Below are positions 28,117 through 38,617 of a stretch of 64,000 nucleotides of DNA, in pieces. Under the pieces are notes generated by a model, which had not been told where the DNA came from, searched no databases, and saw only the letters and a program-made list of their open reading frames with translations. Source of the stretch: an uncultured Prevotella sp. (GTDB lineage: Bacteria > Bacteroidota > Bacteroidia > Bacteroidales > Bacteroidaceae). Location of the stretch: NCBI GenBank assembly GCA_946415825.1, contig CAMKUA010000008.1:3812-67811 (forward strand), read 5' to 3'. The translations under genes and the position numbers were made by a program. Position 1 is the first letter of the stretch, and each line of letters begins with the position of its first letter.

Positions 28117-29466
28117 TTAATCTTCCTTATCCAGTCTGTCGCGCCAGAGGTATTTTCGTGTTTCGTGCACGAGAATGCCACTAAGGAAGAGTAGTGATAT
28201 CAGGTTTGGTATCGCCATCAGTGCGTTCATACAGTCGGCAAGGTTCCATACCAGCGAGAGATTCATCACGCTGCCGATGAACACTGCTGCAATATAGAGC
28301 ACACGATAACCCAAAACCCACTTCTTTCCCTTCAGGTATTCCATGGCCCGTTCGCCATAATAGCACCATCCGAGAATGGTGGAAAAGGCAAATGTGAGGA
28401 GTCCGAAGGTAAGTAATGGGCGCCCTATGACAGGAATCTTGGCAAAGGCATCCTTGGTCAGGGTAGCACCATTGGAGAAGTCGATGTCTGGGTAGGCAAT
28501 GACGCTGCTGACGATGACCAGTCCGGTAAGGGCACAGATAACGACCGTGTCCCAGAATGTTCCACTCGAAGAGACGAGTGCCTGGCGTACAGGGTTGCGT
28601 GTCTGTGCTGCTGCTGCTACGATGGGGGCTGAGCCCATACCACTCTCATTAGAGAAGAGTCCACGGGCGATACCAAAACGTGCCGCCATCATCACTGTGG
28701 AACCCACAAAACCGCCACCTGCTGCCTCTGGTGAGAAAGCGGCATGACAGATAAGTTTTATTGCCGGCCACAGATAAGGCGCATTGACTATCAGGATGTA
28801 GATGCACCCCATGACATAGAAAGCGGCCATGAAGGGTACAAGCATGCTACATACCCGGGCAATGCTTTTTACGCCACCTAGCACTACCGCACAGGTAAGC
28901 AGACAAACGAATGTGCCAGTAATATAAGGTGATACGCCATACGATTCATAGGCCACCGTGGCGATGGCATTGGCCTGTACTGTATTGCCAATGCCGAAGG
29001 CGGCAAGGGCCGTGAAAACCGCAAAGAGTACGGCTAGCCATTTCCATCCCAATCCACGTTCGAGGGCATACATCGGACCGCCGAGCATCTTGCCGCTTTC
29101 TGTCTTTACACGGTATTTGATGGCGAGCAGACCTTCTGCGTATTTCGTGGAGATACCAAACACACCCGTGAGCCAACACCAGAGCACGGCTCCTGGTCCG
29201 CCGAGGGCGATGGCAGTGGCTACGCCGATGATATTTCCGGTACCGATGGTTGCTGCCAGAGCTGTGGCCAGCGAACCAAACTGCGACACGTCGCCTTTAG
29301 CGTCGGGATCTTTTTTCACTGAAAGACGAATAGCCTTGAAGATATGTCTTTGTGGGAATCGCAGACTGATGGTAAGAAAAATGTGCGTGCCCAGTAGCAG
29401 GATGATCATCGGCCATCCCCATAAGAAACCACTCAATTCGGTCAGAAAGTCGTTTAACCAGTCCAT
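28117..29466 (-). CDS. Alanine/glycine:cation symporter (AGCS) family
   Basis: ATIGTGNI, GGPGA, GGPMY, RGLFSNESGMGS, MAIPNL. Confidence 0.93.
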   Translation of the reverse strand: MDWLNDFLTELSGFLWGWPMIILLLGTHIFLTISLRFPQRHIFKAIRLSVKKDPDAKGDVSQFGSLATALAATIGTGNIIGVATAIALGGPGAVLWCWLTGVFGISTKYAEGLLAIKYRVKTESGKMLGGPMYALERGLGWKWLAVLFAVFTALAAFGIGNTVQANAIATVAYESYGVSPYITGTFVCLLTCAVVLGGVKSIARVCSMLVPFMAAFYVMGCIYILIVNAPYLWPAIKLICHAAFSPEAAGGGFVGSTVMMAARFGIARGLFSNESGMGSAPIVAAAAQTRNPVRQALVSSSGTFWDTVVICALTGLVIVSSVIAYPDIDFSNGATLTKDAFAKIPVIGRPLLTFGLLTFAFSTILGWCYYGERAMEYLKGKKWVLGYRVLYIAAVFIGSVMNLSLVWNLADCMNALMAIPNLISLLFLSGILVHETRKYLWRDRLDKED

Positions 29467-29469
29467 CTT

Positions 29470-30060
29470 CTATTTTTCAAAATTGATAATCACATGTTTA
29501 TATCCCATGGCCAGCATCATATTGCGGAATTGTTCCTTGCCATTGGTCTCTGCTGCCTGTAGGTTCTCTTTCGTAAGACAATGTCGTGTCATCATCCGAT
29601 AGGCTTTCTTGTAGAGTGCTTCACGGTCTGCAGAACTCCATGTTCCACTTTCGTAGAAGGATTTTGTGCGGGCTTCGTCGATAAAATCCTTGTCCAATAG
29701 TCCTATGGGCGGCAATGTGACCGTCACAGAGTCGCCGTTTGTTTCTATCCACTTGGGCCTCGTTTGGTTCATATTCACTCCTAAGCGCAGTGTTCCGTAA
29801 TATATGCGGGCCAGTTCGTCGTCCATCAGAATTCGCTTGCGGGTGGTATCTACTAGTTCCTCTGCACTGACGGAGAGAAATTCCCATTCACCGATAGCCT
29901 TGATACTCTGTATCTGCGTGGGGGTGATATCGATTTCATTATCAGTTCCAAAGTCGAGATGGTCGTTCCTGGTCAGATTCCGCAACCAGAAGAATCCCCC
30001 CACAACTAGTACAACTACCAGCAAGGCTACACCTATTTTAATATATGACAGTGTCTTCAC
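29470..30060 (-). CDS. DUF4230-like membrane-anchored protein
   Basis: N-terminal TM; IKAIGEWEF, VTVTLPP; paired with the neighbouring gene. Confidence 0.65.
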   Translation of the reverse strand: MKTLSYIKIGVALLVVVLVVGGFFWLRNLTRNDHLDFGTDNEIDITPTQIQSIKAIGEWEFLSVSAEELVDTTRKRILMDDELARIYYGTLRLGVNMNQTRPKWIETNGDSVTVTLPPIGLLDKDFIDEARTKSFYESGTWSSADREALYKKAYRMMTRHCLTKENLQAAETNGKEQFRNMMLAMGYKHVIINFEK

Positions 30061-30063
30061 GGC

Positions 30064-30747
30064 TCAATCCTCGATTTTCAGTAGTTTTACAATGTCGTTA
30101 GCTTCATACGGATGCCGGTAGGCAATGGTAATGTCCTGCTCCTCATAGCCCATCTCCTTGAGCATCGGCACCAAGACCTTTGCGGCATTGGCCTGAGCCG
30201 TTTCCAGAATTCCCAGCTTGGGAATGTCGGCAATGATGGCGGCACGCCCCTGTTGTTGATAATCGGCCAGTTCCTTGTCGCTGAAGTATGCCCTTGTGAA
30301 GGCTACGTATTGCTTCACGTTTTTCTGATCGATCTTCGAACTGGTCATCGTCACTTTCGGGTCGGGCAACAGTATTGTGATCTTGTTGCCCTGGCGCTCG
30401 ATGTTCTGTTCTGAGAACAGGCTGAAGTCGATGTAGGCTTTCAACTTTGCGTCCATAGGGATGGCTATTTTACGGTCGCCCAAGGGTACCTTGAAATTGA
30501 AATCCTTCTGAAACACCGTTCCCTTCAGACGTAGTACGTCGTCGTGGGTAACGATTTTGTGTACGCGGTATTCTGCTGTATAGAGTTTGGCGCATTTCTG
30601 TACCTGTGTCACCAGCATGGGCACAGTGTCAATGCTATGTGCTTTAGGTGTAGGAGCCTCACCGTTCTCGTGGACGATGCGGCTATGGCAGAACAGTAGT
30701 CCTACGACTACCAGCACAGTGCAGGCGAATATTACATACTTCTTCAT
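30064..30747 (-). CDS. DUF4230-like membrane-anchored protein
   Basis: N-terminal TM; LYTAEY, LKAYIDF, ITILLPDP; start chosen at MKKYV. Confidence 0.65.
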   Translation of the reverse strand: MKKYVIFACTVLVVVGLLFCHSRIVHENGEAPTPKAHSIDTVPMLVTQVQKCAKLYTAEYRVHKIVTHDDVLRLKGTVFQKDFNFKVPLGDRKIAIPMDAKLKAYIDFSLFSEQNIERQGNKITILLPDPKVTMTSSKIDQKNVKQYVAFTRAYFSDKELADYQQQGRAAIIADIPKLGILETAQANAAKVLVPMLKEMGYEEQDITIAYRHPYEANDIVKLLKIED

Positions 30748-30882
30748 CTTCTGAATATTTTTTCCTGTTCGCATTCTTGAGCGCAAAATTAGTAAAAAAA
30801 AGTCAGTTCGCTGAAAGTTCAAACATTTTTTTTCTTATAATTTGAATTTTAGTTGTATCTTTGCACACAAATCATCAATCAA

Positions 30883-31455
30883 ATGAAGAAGATCCGACTT
30901 GTTATAGTCCTTCTGACAGCAATTTTAGCCGTCAGTTGTGCCAAGAAGAAACAGACCGACGATATTATCGTCCCTCGTACAGAAACTCCGAAACCTCAGG
31001 GGCCTATCCGTATGCAACCTTACGACCAGACCAAGGATATCGTATGGCTTGAAAAGAACTATCATGTGACTATCCATCGTGAGGCTGACGATAGTCTGAA
31101 GAAGGTAAAGGACGAGACAGAACAAGAGTTTGTTGACAACCACATCACCCTCCGTGTCATCCGCAGCGATGGCAGTGTGTTCTTTAACCGCACCTTCACA
31201 AAGGTCGCTTTCGATGCCCAGCTTGATGACGATTATCGTCAGACGGGTATTTTGGAGGGTATTGTCTTCGATAAGGTCGATGGTCATAACCTCGTGTTTG
31301 CGGGTAGTGTCAGCCATCCCCAGACTGATGAGTATATCCCTCTGGTAATCATCGTTAGCAATTTTGGAGATGTTACGATTAAGCGTGACGACCAGATGGA
31401 CACCAGTGGTAGCGAAACATCGGCTTCTACCGATGATGACGAGGATGGTGTTTAA
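30883..31455 (+). CDS. DUF4738-like lipoprotein
   Basis: Lipobox AVSC; FVDNHI, ILEGIVFDK, SVSHPQTDEYIPL. Confidence 0.7.
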   Translation: MKKIRLVIVLLTAILAVSCAKKKQTDDIIVPRTETPKPQGPIRMQPYDQTKDIVWLEKNYHVTIHREADDSLKKVKDETEQEFVDNHITLRVIRSDGSVFFNRTFTKVAFDAQLDDDYRQTGILEGIVFDKVDGHNLVFAGSVSHPQTDEYIPLVIIVSNFGDVTIKRDDQMDTSGSETSASTDDDEDGV

Positions 31456-31464
31456 ACCTGTAGC

Positions 31465-32196
31465 TTAAAGTTCTGGAATGATTCGTTGACCCCAATGGTC
31501 GCAGAGTTCCTGCATATTGGGGAAGATAAGGTTGGCGCCTGCTACGAGTAGCTCTTCGTCGGGTAGGGGTCCGGTATTTACGGCAATGGTAAAGATGCGG
31601 GCGGCATGCCCTGAACGAACACCAAGCGGCGCATTCTCAATGACAGCGGCTTCATAAGGCTGTAGGTCTCCTGCCTTTTGAAGTCCCATCAGATAAGGGT
31701 CAGGATTAGGCTTCCCTCGTTTGACATCGTATGCGGTGGTGATATGGGCTACATCAACGTAGGATCCAAAATCTTTAAGAATACGTTGGATAAGTGGGCG
31801 CTGTCCGCTACCTGTCACAACACCACAAAGGATGCCGTTTTTATGAAGCTTCTCCATCAGATTAAGGATGCCTGGCATGACGGGAGCCTCAGGGAGCGAA
31901 TGGAATATCTGTGTTTTTACGTCGTACATTTGCTGGGCTTCGTCCTCACTGATGATGCGCCCTTGCTGACGCTTCACCATCTGTCGGATGGTGTCAATGC
32001 CACGTGCTCCCTCAGTGGCGTAAGCATCGTCGGATGTCATGTGAATACCGAAACGCGCCATCGACTCCTGCCAGGCGATAGCATGGTTTGGCATGGAGTC
32101 GTAAAGCACACCATCCATGTCAAAGAGCACGGCCTTGGGGCGAAATGCCTCAAAGCCGTGGTCTTCCAAGTATTTCTTGATGGCGAAGTCGTACAT
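31465..32196 (-). CDS. HAD family phosphatase (beta-phosphoglucomutase-like)
   Basis: FDMDGVLYDS, GKPNPDPY, ENAPLGV. Confidence 0.9.
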   Translation of the reverse strand: MYDFAIKKYLEDHGFEAFRPKAVLFDMDGVLYDSMPNHAIAWQESMARFGIHMTSDDAYATEGARGIDTIRQMVKRQQGRIISEDEAQQMYDVKTQIFHSLPEAPVMPGILNLMEKLHKNGILCGVVTGSGQRPLIQRILKDFGSYVDVAHITTAYDVKRGKPNPDPYLMGLQKAGDLQPYEAAVIENAPLGVRSGHAARIFTIAVNTGPLPDEELLVAGANLIFPNMQELCDHWGQRIIPEL

Positions 32197-33552
32197 TTAT
32201 GCCTCCTTAGCCAGGCGGTCTTTAATAGCTTTGCTCTCTGCCTCGTAGCCAGGCTTGTCGAGCAGGGCGAACATATTCTTCTTGTAGGCCTCCACACCGG
32301 GCTGGTTGAACGGGTTCACACCTAGCACATTACCGCTGATGCCACAGCCAATCTCGAAGAAGTAGATAAGCTGACCCAGATAGCGCTCACTGAGACGTGG
32401 CATTGTGATGCGGATGTTAGGCACACCACCGTCCACATGAGCCAGCTTGGTGCCTAGTTCGGCCATCTTGTTTACCTCATCCACACGTTTGCCAGCCAGG
32501 AAGTTCAGTCCGTCGAGATTCTCCTCGTCGCTGGGGAAAAGCAGTTTCTTCTCGGGCTCCTCTACGCTGATCACTGTCTCGAAGATGGTGCGCTCACCTT
32601 CCTGAATCCACTGGCCCATGGAGTGCAGGTCGGTGGTGAAGTCGACAGATGCAGGGAAGATACCCTTGTTGTCCTTACCCTCAGATTCTCCGTAGAGCTG
32701 CTTCCACCACTCACTCATAAAGTGCAGTTTGGGTTGGAAGTTCACCATGATCTCGATCTTCTTGCCACTCTGATAGAGTCCGTTACGAACGGCAGCATAC
32801 TGGGCAGCGGGGTTCTCAGCAAAGGGTACATCAGGGGCGCAAGCCTTCTCCATATCCTGAGCACCGCCAACGAGTTCCTTGATGTCGAAACCTGCACAGG
32901 CGATGGGGAGCAAACCTACTGGTGTGAGTACAGAGAAGCGGCCACCTACGTTGTCGGGGATGACAAAGCTTTTGTAGCCTTCCTTGTCGGCACAAGTACG
33001 TGCTGCGCCTTTCTTAGCGTCGGTGATGGCTACGATGACCTTCTTTGCCTCCTCCTTACCTCTCTGAGCCTCGCACTGTTTCTTCAATAGACGGAAGGTG
33101 AGGGCGGTCTCGGTGGTGGTGCCACTCTTAGAGATGTTGATTACACCGAATTTCTTGTCCTTCAGATACTCGGTCAACTCGAACAGATAATCCTCGCCGA
33201 TGTTGTTTCCTGCAAAGAGGATGGTGGGGTTCTTCTTGTCGTTAACGAGCCAGGCAAACGAGTTGCTCAGGGCCTCGATAACGGCACGGGCACCCAGATA
33301 CGAACCGCCGATGCCGGCTACTACGATAGCTTCGCAGTTGTCTCTCAGTGTGTTAGCACAAGCCTGCAGCTCGTCGATGAATGCAGGTGTGATACTGCTA
33401 GGCAGATGCAACCAACCTAAAAAATCGTTACCGGGGCAGGTGCCCTCTTCAAGAGCCTTCTGAGCGGCCTTAACCTGAGGCTCAAAAGCCTCTACTGCGC
33501 CAGCTTTTAGGAAGCAGGCGGCTTTGGTGATGTCTAATTTGATGTTGCTCAT
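32197..33552 (-). CDS. pgi: Glucose-6-phosphate isomerase
   Basis: [40 protein letters not shown]. Confidence 0.97.
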   Translation of the reverse strand: MSNIKLDITKAACFLKAGAVEAFEPQVKAAQKALEEGTCPGNDFLGWLHLPSSITPAFIDELQACANTLRDNCEAIVVAGIGGSYLGARAVIEALSNSFAWLVNDKKNPTILFAGNNIGEDYLFELTEYLKDKKFGVINISKSGTTTETALTFRLLKKQCEAQRGKEEAKKVIVAITDAKKGAARTCADKEGYKSFVIPDNVGGRFSVLTPVGLLPIACAGFDIKELVGGAQDMEKACAPDVPFAENPAAQYAAVRNGLYQSGKKIEIMVNFQPKLHFMSEWWKQLYGESEGKDNKGIFPASVDFTTDLHSMGQWIQEGERTIFETVISVEEPEKKLLFPSDEENLDGLNFLAGKRVDEVNKMAELGTKLAHVDGGVPNIRITMPRLSERYLGQLIYFFEIGCGISGNVLGVNPFNQPGVEAYKKNMFALLDKPGYEAESKAIKDRLAKEA

Positions 33553-33579
33553 AGATGTATTATTTTAAATTGTATGTAT

Positions 33580-34575
33580 TTATCTGAATGAGTCTGTCAG
33601 CAGTTTAATCTCAATCTGTGGACTGATGCGTTCGTACAATATATTATAGACAGCATCGAGGATAGGCATGTTTACATGACAATGGCGATTAATCTCCTTC
33701 ATGCACTTCGTGCCGAAGTAGCCCTCGGCTATCATCTCCATCTCTATCTGAGCCGACTTCACGCTATAGCCTTTACCAATCATCGTTCCAAAGGTGCGGT
33801 TACGAGAGAAATTCGAGTAGCCCGTCACGAGCAGGTCACCCAGATAGACGCTGTCATAGATGTTTCGTTCCAGGGGGTGAACAGCTGTGAGGAATCGGTT
33901 CATCTCCTGTACGGCATTCGCCATCAGCACGGCCTGGAAGTTGTCTCCGTATTTCAAGCCGCTACAGATACCTGCGGCAATGGCATATACATTCTTCAGC
34001 ACTGAGGAATACTCGATACCCACCACATCGGTAGAGGTCTTGGTCTTAATAAACTCACTGGAGAGCACATCGCAGAAGGCCTGCGCCTTGTCGCGATCGG
34101 CACATCCTACGGTGAGGTAACTAAGTCGCTCAAGGGCCACCTCCTCGGCATGTGAGGGACCACCAATGCAGGCAAGGTTCTCGTATGGCACGTCGTAAAC
34201 CTGATGGAAATATTCCGAGCAGACGAGGTTTTCATCGGGCACAATACCTTTGATGGCCGTCAGGATGTATTTGTCGCGAATTCGTGTCTTCAATTTCTTC
34301 AGGTGACTTTTCAGGTAGGGTGAAGGGGTGACGAATACCAATGTGTCATACTGTTGGGCAATACGGTTCAGATCGCTGTCGAAATGTATCTCGTCTGTGT
34401 TAAAATGCACACTCGTCAGGTAAGCCGGGTTATGGCCCATGCGCCGGAAGTCTTCTATGCGGTCATCGCGTCGCATATACCAACCGATGTGGTGGGTGTG
34501 ACTCACCACAATCTTGGCTATTGCTGTTGCCCAGCTGCCACCACCGATAATTGCTATCTTACCACAGTCGTACAT
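33580..34575 (-). CDS. gpsA: NAD(P)H-dependent glycerol-3-phosphate dehydrogenase
   Basis: GGGSWATA, GPSHAEEV, LKNVYAI, GDLLVT, SRN, AEG. Confidence 0.95.
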   Translation of the reverse strand: MYDCGKIAIIGGGSWATAIAKIVVSHTHHIGWYMRRDDRIEDFRRMGHNPAYLTSVHFNTDEIHFDSDLNRIAQQYDTLVFVTPSPYLKSHLKKLKTRIRDKYILTAIKGIVPDENLVCSEYFHQVYDVPYENLACIGGPSHAEEVALERLSYLTVGCADRDKAQAFCDVLSSEFIKTKTSTDVVGIEYSSVLKNVYAIAAGICSGLKYGDNFQAVLMANAVQEMNRFLTAVHPLERNIYDSVYLGDLLVTGYSNFSRNRTFGTMIGKGYSVKSAQIEMEMIAEGYFGTKCMKEINRHCHVNMPILDAVYNILYERISPQIEIKLLTDSFR

Positions 34576-34590
34576 ATTTATTTTTATATC

Positions 34591-34656
34591 AACACAGAGG
34601 TACAAAAGCTCAGAATCTTTTTATTCTTAACCTCTTTGTTTCTGTATCTCTGTGTT
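34591..34656. repeat. Imperfect inverted repeat (AACACAGAG...CTCTGTGTT) between lysS and gpsA
   Basis: aacacagaggtacaaaag pairs with tttctgtatctctgtgtt at 15/18 positions. Confidence 0.65.
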
Positions 34657-34660
34657 TTTA

Positions 34661-36382
34661 TTAAACCTTTTCTATCCAGGCAGCGACTTCATCAACGCTC
34701 GGCTTCTGCATCTCGAGCTTGTACTTCTTCACAATGTCTCCAATCTTCTGCTGTAGACCCTGAGGCTTCTCGTCCTTGATGTTCTGGATGAGGTTAAAGC
34801 CAGCCTTCCTCAAAACGGGAACCCACTCTTCGGCTACACCAATCTCAGCCCACTCGGCTGGGGTGCTCTGAGGAATTTTCTTCTCGGGCTTCATCTGGGG
34901 GAAGAACAGCACTTCCTGGATGAACGTCTTACCCGTCATCAGCATCACCAAACGGTCGATGCCGATGCCGATACCACTGGTAGGCGGCATACCGTACTGA
35001 AGGGCACGCAGGAAATCCTGATCAATGATCATGGCCTCGTCATCACCCTTGTCTGCCAGGCGCATCTGCTCGACGAAACGTTCCTCCTGGTCGATGGGGT
35101 CATTGAGTTCAGAGTAAGCATTGGCCAATTCCTTACCGTTTACCATCAACTCAAAACGCTCGGTAAGTCCAGGCTTAGAACGGTGCATCTTGGTGAGAGG
35201 TGACATCTCCACAGGATAGTCTGTGATAAAGGTAGGCTGGATGAAAGTGCCCTCACAGAACTCACCGAAGAGTTCGTCGATCAGCTTACCCTTACCCATA
35301 GTCTCATCGACATCCATGCCCTTCGAGAGACAGAATGCACGAATTTCCTCCTCCGTCTTGCCGTTGCAGTCGAAGCCGGTCTTCTCCTGGATAGCTTCGA
35401 GGATAGGCAAACGACGATAGGGCGCCTTGAAACTCACGTTGTTTCCGTCGATCTCGCGCTCTGGCTTGCCATTGACGGCGATACAAATCGTCTCGAGCAA
35501 CTTCTCGGTGAACGACATCATCCAGTTGTAGTCCTTATACTGCACATAGAGTTCCATGCAGGTAAACTCGGGGTTGTGGTTGCGGTCCATACCCTCGTTT
35601 CGGAAGTTCTTGCCAATTTCATAGACGCCTTCGAAACCGCCCACGATGAGGCGCTTCAGGTAGAGCTCGGTAGCGATACGCATATACATATCCTGATCGA
35701 GCGCATTGAAGTGGGTGATAAACGGACGGGCCGATGCACCACCTGCAATCATCTGCAAGGTGGGTGTCTCCACCTCAGTATAGCCGGCTTCATCCAAAAC
35801 TCTCCGGAGTGTGCGGATCACGGTCGCTCTTTGCAAGAAGGTGTCTTTCACGCCCTCGTTGACCACGAGGTCAACATAGCGCTGGCGATAGCGTAGCTCA
35901 GGATCGTCGAATTTATCGTAAGCCACACCGTCCTTATACTTCACGATAGGCAGTGGCTTCAGACTCTTCGACAGCAACTTCAGTTCAGAGGCATGTACGG
36001 AGATCTCGCCTGTCTGGGTACGGAACACCTTACCCTTTACGCCAATAAAGTCACCAATATCGAGCAGACGCTTAAATACATTATTATATAAGTCCTTGTT
36101 CTCCCCAGGGCAGATATCATCGCGGGTAATATAAACCTGAATGCGTCCCTTAGAGTCCTGGAGTTCGGCAAAGGAGGCCTTACCCATCACTCGGCGACTC
36201 ATCATACGACCAGCGATAACAACCTCGCGATCCTCGTCGTCCTTGAAGTTTTCCTTGATATCTGTACTAAATGCATTTGTGGGGAATTCAGCAGCAGGAT
36301 AGGGGTCGATGCCCATCGAGCGCAGTTCCTGAAGGCTCTGGCGCCTTCCGATTTCTTGTTCGCTTAGTTCTAAAACATTCAT
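34661..36382 (-). CDS. lysS: Lysine--tRNA ligase (class II) with Bacteroidota C-terminal extension
   Basis: RYRQRY, GGASARPF, FRNEG, HNPEF, YGMPPTSGIGIGIDRL. Confidence 0.97.
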   Translation of the reverse strand: MNVLELSEQEIGRRQSLQELRSMGIDPYPAAEFPTNAFSTDIKENFKDDEDREVVIAGRMMSRRVMGKASFAELQDSKGRIQVYITRDDICPGENKDLYNNVFKRLLDIGDFIGVKGKVFRTQTGEISVHASELKLLSKSLKPLPIVKYKDGVAYDKFDDPELRYRQRYVDLVVNEGVKDTFLQRATVIRTLRRVLDEAGYTEVETPTLQMIAGGASARPFITHFNALDQDMYMRIATELYLKRLIVGGFEGVYEIGKNFRNEGMDRNHNPEFTCMELYVQYKDYNWMMSFTEKLLETICIAVNGKPEREIDGNNVSFKAPYRRLPILEAIQEKTGFDCNGKTEEEIRAFCLSKGMDVDETMGKGKLIDELFGEFCEGTFIQPTFITDYPVEMSPLTKMHRSKPGLTERFELMVNGKELANAYSELNDPIDQEERFVEQMRLADKGDDEAMIIDQDFLRALQYGMPPTSGIGIGIDRLVMLMTGKTFIQEVLFFPQMKPEKKIPQSTPAEWAEIGVAEEWVPVLRKAGFNLIQNIKDEKPQGLQQKIGDIVKKYKLEMQKPSVDEVAAWIEKV

Positions 36383-36479
36383 CTTTTTTCAAAAAAATAC
36401 CTTTTATGGGTGCAAAGTTACGAAATTTCCCCGAAAAAAGCAAGGATAGGGTAAATATTTGCAAAAAAAAGCATAAAGA

Positions 36480-36511
36480 TTTGCACAGTACTGGAAAATT
36501 GTTTATATTTG
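36480..36511 (+). promoter_or_regulatory. -33/-7 promoter of the ROK-men operon
   Basis: TTTG-20 nt-TATATTTG; divergent lysS -7 element (TAACTTTG, minus strand) at 36413-36420. Confidence 0.65.
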
Positions 36512-36573
36512 CCACATCTAACTAAAAGCTTGAGAAGAATCAGACAACAATCAAAGTTTAGAATTCAGTAGAA

Positions 36574-37566
36574 ATGGAGAAAGCAGAAACAGTAGACAAA
36601 ATCAAAACCCGGGTTGTTGGTATCGACATCCGGGTTGAAAAGACAACGTTCGCTGTAGTTGACATCAGGGGTGAAATCATAGCCCAAGATCACTTTGCAA
36701 CACTCGATTACCCTGATGTCAATGATTATACTAAAGCATTGTGTGAAAAGGTAGTGACACTGGTAGAGGAGAACGGTGGCTACGAGAAGATTCGTTCGAT
36801 AGGCGTCAGTGCACCAAGTGCTAGTTTTGTTACCGGCAGTATTGAGAACGCAGCCAATTTGCCGTGGAAAGGTGTCATCCCTCTGGCAGCGATGCTCCGC
36901 GACCAGTTGGGATTGGCTGTGGCCGTTGCCAACGATGCCCACATCTCAGCTCTCAGTGAGAAGGCTTATGGCAGTGCCCACGGCATGAAAGACTTTATGG
37001 TGGCTTCGATCAGTCACGGAGGTCTGGGCAGTTGCTTCTACTCTAACGGTCAGCCCCATCTGGGTGCCTTCGGCTTTGCTGGCGAGGTAGGTCACACCTG
37101 TGTACAGCCTGGTGGCCGTCTGTGTGGTTGCGGTCATAAGGGTTGCCTTGAGACATATTGCTCCGAGAAGGGACTTGTGCGCACGGTGCGTGAACTGATA
37201 GCAGAAGGCAAGGACTCGCCACTGGCTAAACTCGATAAATTCTCGATTGCAGATATCGTCAGTTGCTGTGAACAAGGCGACGAGGTGGCTATTGAGGCCT
37301 TCCGTCGTACAGGCGAGGCATTAGGCCTCGGACTGGCAAACTATGCCTCCGTGCTCGATCCTGAGGCCATTATCCTTACGGGTGATATGACGCAGGCTGG
37401 TAAGTGGTTGCTGAAGCCCATGCGCACATCGTTCGATGAGCATGTATTCCATAATATCAGGGGTAAAACGCGTATCCTTGTCTCGATCCTCAAGGAGGGC
37501 GAGCGCGATGTGCTGGGTGCCAGTGCCCTGGCTTGGGATGTCAAAGAGTATTCATTATTTAAATAA
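36574..37566 (+). CDS. ROK family protein (divergent sugar kinase)
   Basis: AANLPW, NDA, GEVGH, CGCGHKGCLE. Confidence 0.9.
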   Translation: MEKAETVDKIKTRVVGIDIRVEKTTFAVVDIRGEIIAQDHFATLDYPDVNDYTKALCEKVVTLVEENGGYEKIRSIGVSAPSASFVTGSIENAANLPWKGVIPLAAMLRDQLGLAVAVANDAHISALSEKAYGSAHGMKDFMVASISHGGLGSCFYSNGQPHLGAFGFAGEVGHTCVQPGGRLCGCGHKGCLETYCSEKGLVRTVRELIAEGKDSPLAKLDKFSIADIVSCCEQGDEVAIEAFRRTGEALGLGLANYASVLDPEAIILTGDMTQAGKWLLKPMRTSFDEHVFHNIRGKTRILVSILKEGERDVLGASALAWDVKEYSLFK

Positions 37567-37577
37567 AAACTAGACAC

Positions 37578-38558
37578 ATGGAAGAATATAACCTGAAGAC
37601 AAAAGTTGTTGGTGTCGATATCAGCACCGAGAGTACCACTTATGCCATCGTAGATATTCGTGGTAATATTATTGCAGAAGACTCTTTCCCGACTTCGGAC
37701 TATCCTGACGTAAACGGCTATGTGACCACGCTGAGTGAGCGTATTGTGATGCTGGTCGAGGCCAATGGTGGTTATGAGACCATTCGCTCGATTGGTGTGA
37801 GTTCGCCGAGTGCCAGTTCGGTGTCGGGATGTCTCGAGAATGCCGCCAACCTCCCTTGGAAGGGCATAGTGCCGTTGGCAGCCATGCTTCGCGACCGTCT
37901 AGGATTGGCTGTAGGCCTTTCTAATGATGCTCATATTTCTGCTTTGGGCGAATATGCCTTTGGTAGTGCCCATGGTATGAAGAACTTTATTATTGTCAGT
38001 CTGGGTGTAGGCGTCGGCAGTTGTTTCTTCTCTCAAGGAGACGAACATCAGGGTCATCTGGGTTATGCCGGTGAGTTTGGTCATACCTGTGTAGCCGATG
38101 GTGGTCGTCTGTGTGGGTGTGGTCATAAGGGTTGTCTTGAGTCGTATGTCGGAGCCGTAGGTATCGTGAAGACCGCCAAGGAACTGATGGCTGATTCGGA
38201 TGCACCGTCACTGATGCGCGACCTTAGCAAACTATCGCCCCGCACCATTTGTGAGTGTTGCAACAAGGGTGACGAGATGGCTATTGAGGTGTTCCGTCGC
38301 ACGGGTTATATGCTGGGTATCGGTCTGGCTAACTATGCTTCTATAGTCGATCCAGAGGCTATCATCCTTACGGGTGGTATCTCTCATGCTGGCAAGTGGA
38401 TCGTCGATCCCTGCTATGAATCGTTTGAGAGTCATGTGTTTGGTAATCTGAAAGGCAAGGTGAGAATCCTCATGTCGAAGCTTAACGATCGTGAGCGCGA
38501 TGTGCTGGGTGCCAGTGCCCTTGCCTGGAGCGTGCCTGAATATTCTCTGTTTAAGTAA
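37578..38558 (+). CDS. ROK family protein (tandem paralog)
   Basis: AANLPW, NDA, GEFGH, CGCGHKGCLE. Confidence 0.9.
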   Translation: MEEYNLKTKVVGVDISTESTTYAIVDIRGNIIAEDSFPTSDYPDVNGYVTTLSERIVMLVEANGGYETIRSIGVSSPSASSVSGCLENAANLPWKGIVPLAAMLRDRLGLAVGLSNDAHISALGEYAFGSAHGMKNFIIVSLGVGVGSCFFSQGDEHQGHLGYAGEFGHTCVADGGRLCGCGHKGCLESYVGAVGIVKTAKELMADSDAPSLMRDLSKLSPRTICECCNKGDEMAIEVFRRTGYMLGIGLANYASIVDPEAIILTGGISHAGKWIVDPCYESFESHVFGNLKGKVRILMSKLNDRERDVLGASALAWSVPEYSLFK

Positions 38559-38586
38559 GGCTGAAGGTTGGTAACCAGTAGTCAGT

Positions 38587-38615
38587 CATTGAATATTGAA
38601 AATTGAATAATTGAA
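38587..38615. repeat. Heptamer-like repeat (NATTGAA)x4 in an intergenic spacer
   Basis: cattgaa tattgaa aattgaa t aattgaa. Confidence 0.65.
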
Positions 38616-38617
38616 GC

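Noticed and set aside
34661-34900. lysS C-terminal extension as a novel fusion
   Set aside because: Such an extension is usual in Bacteroidales LysRS.
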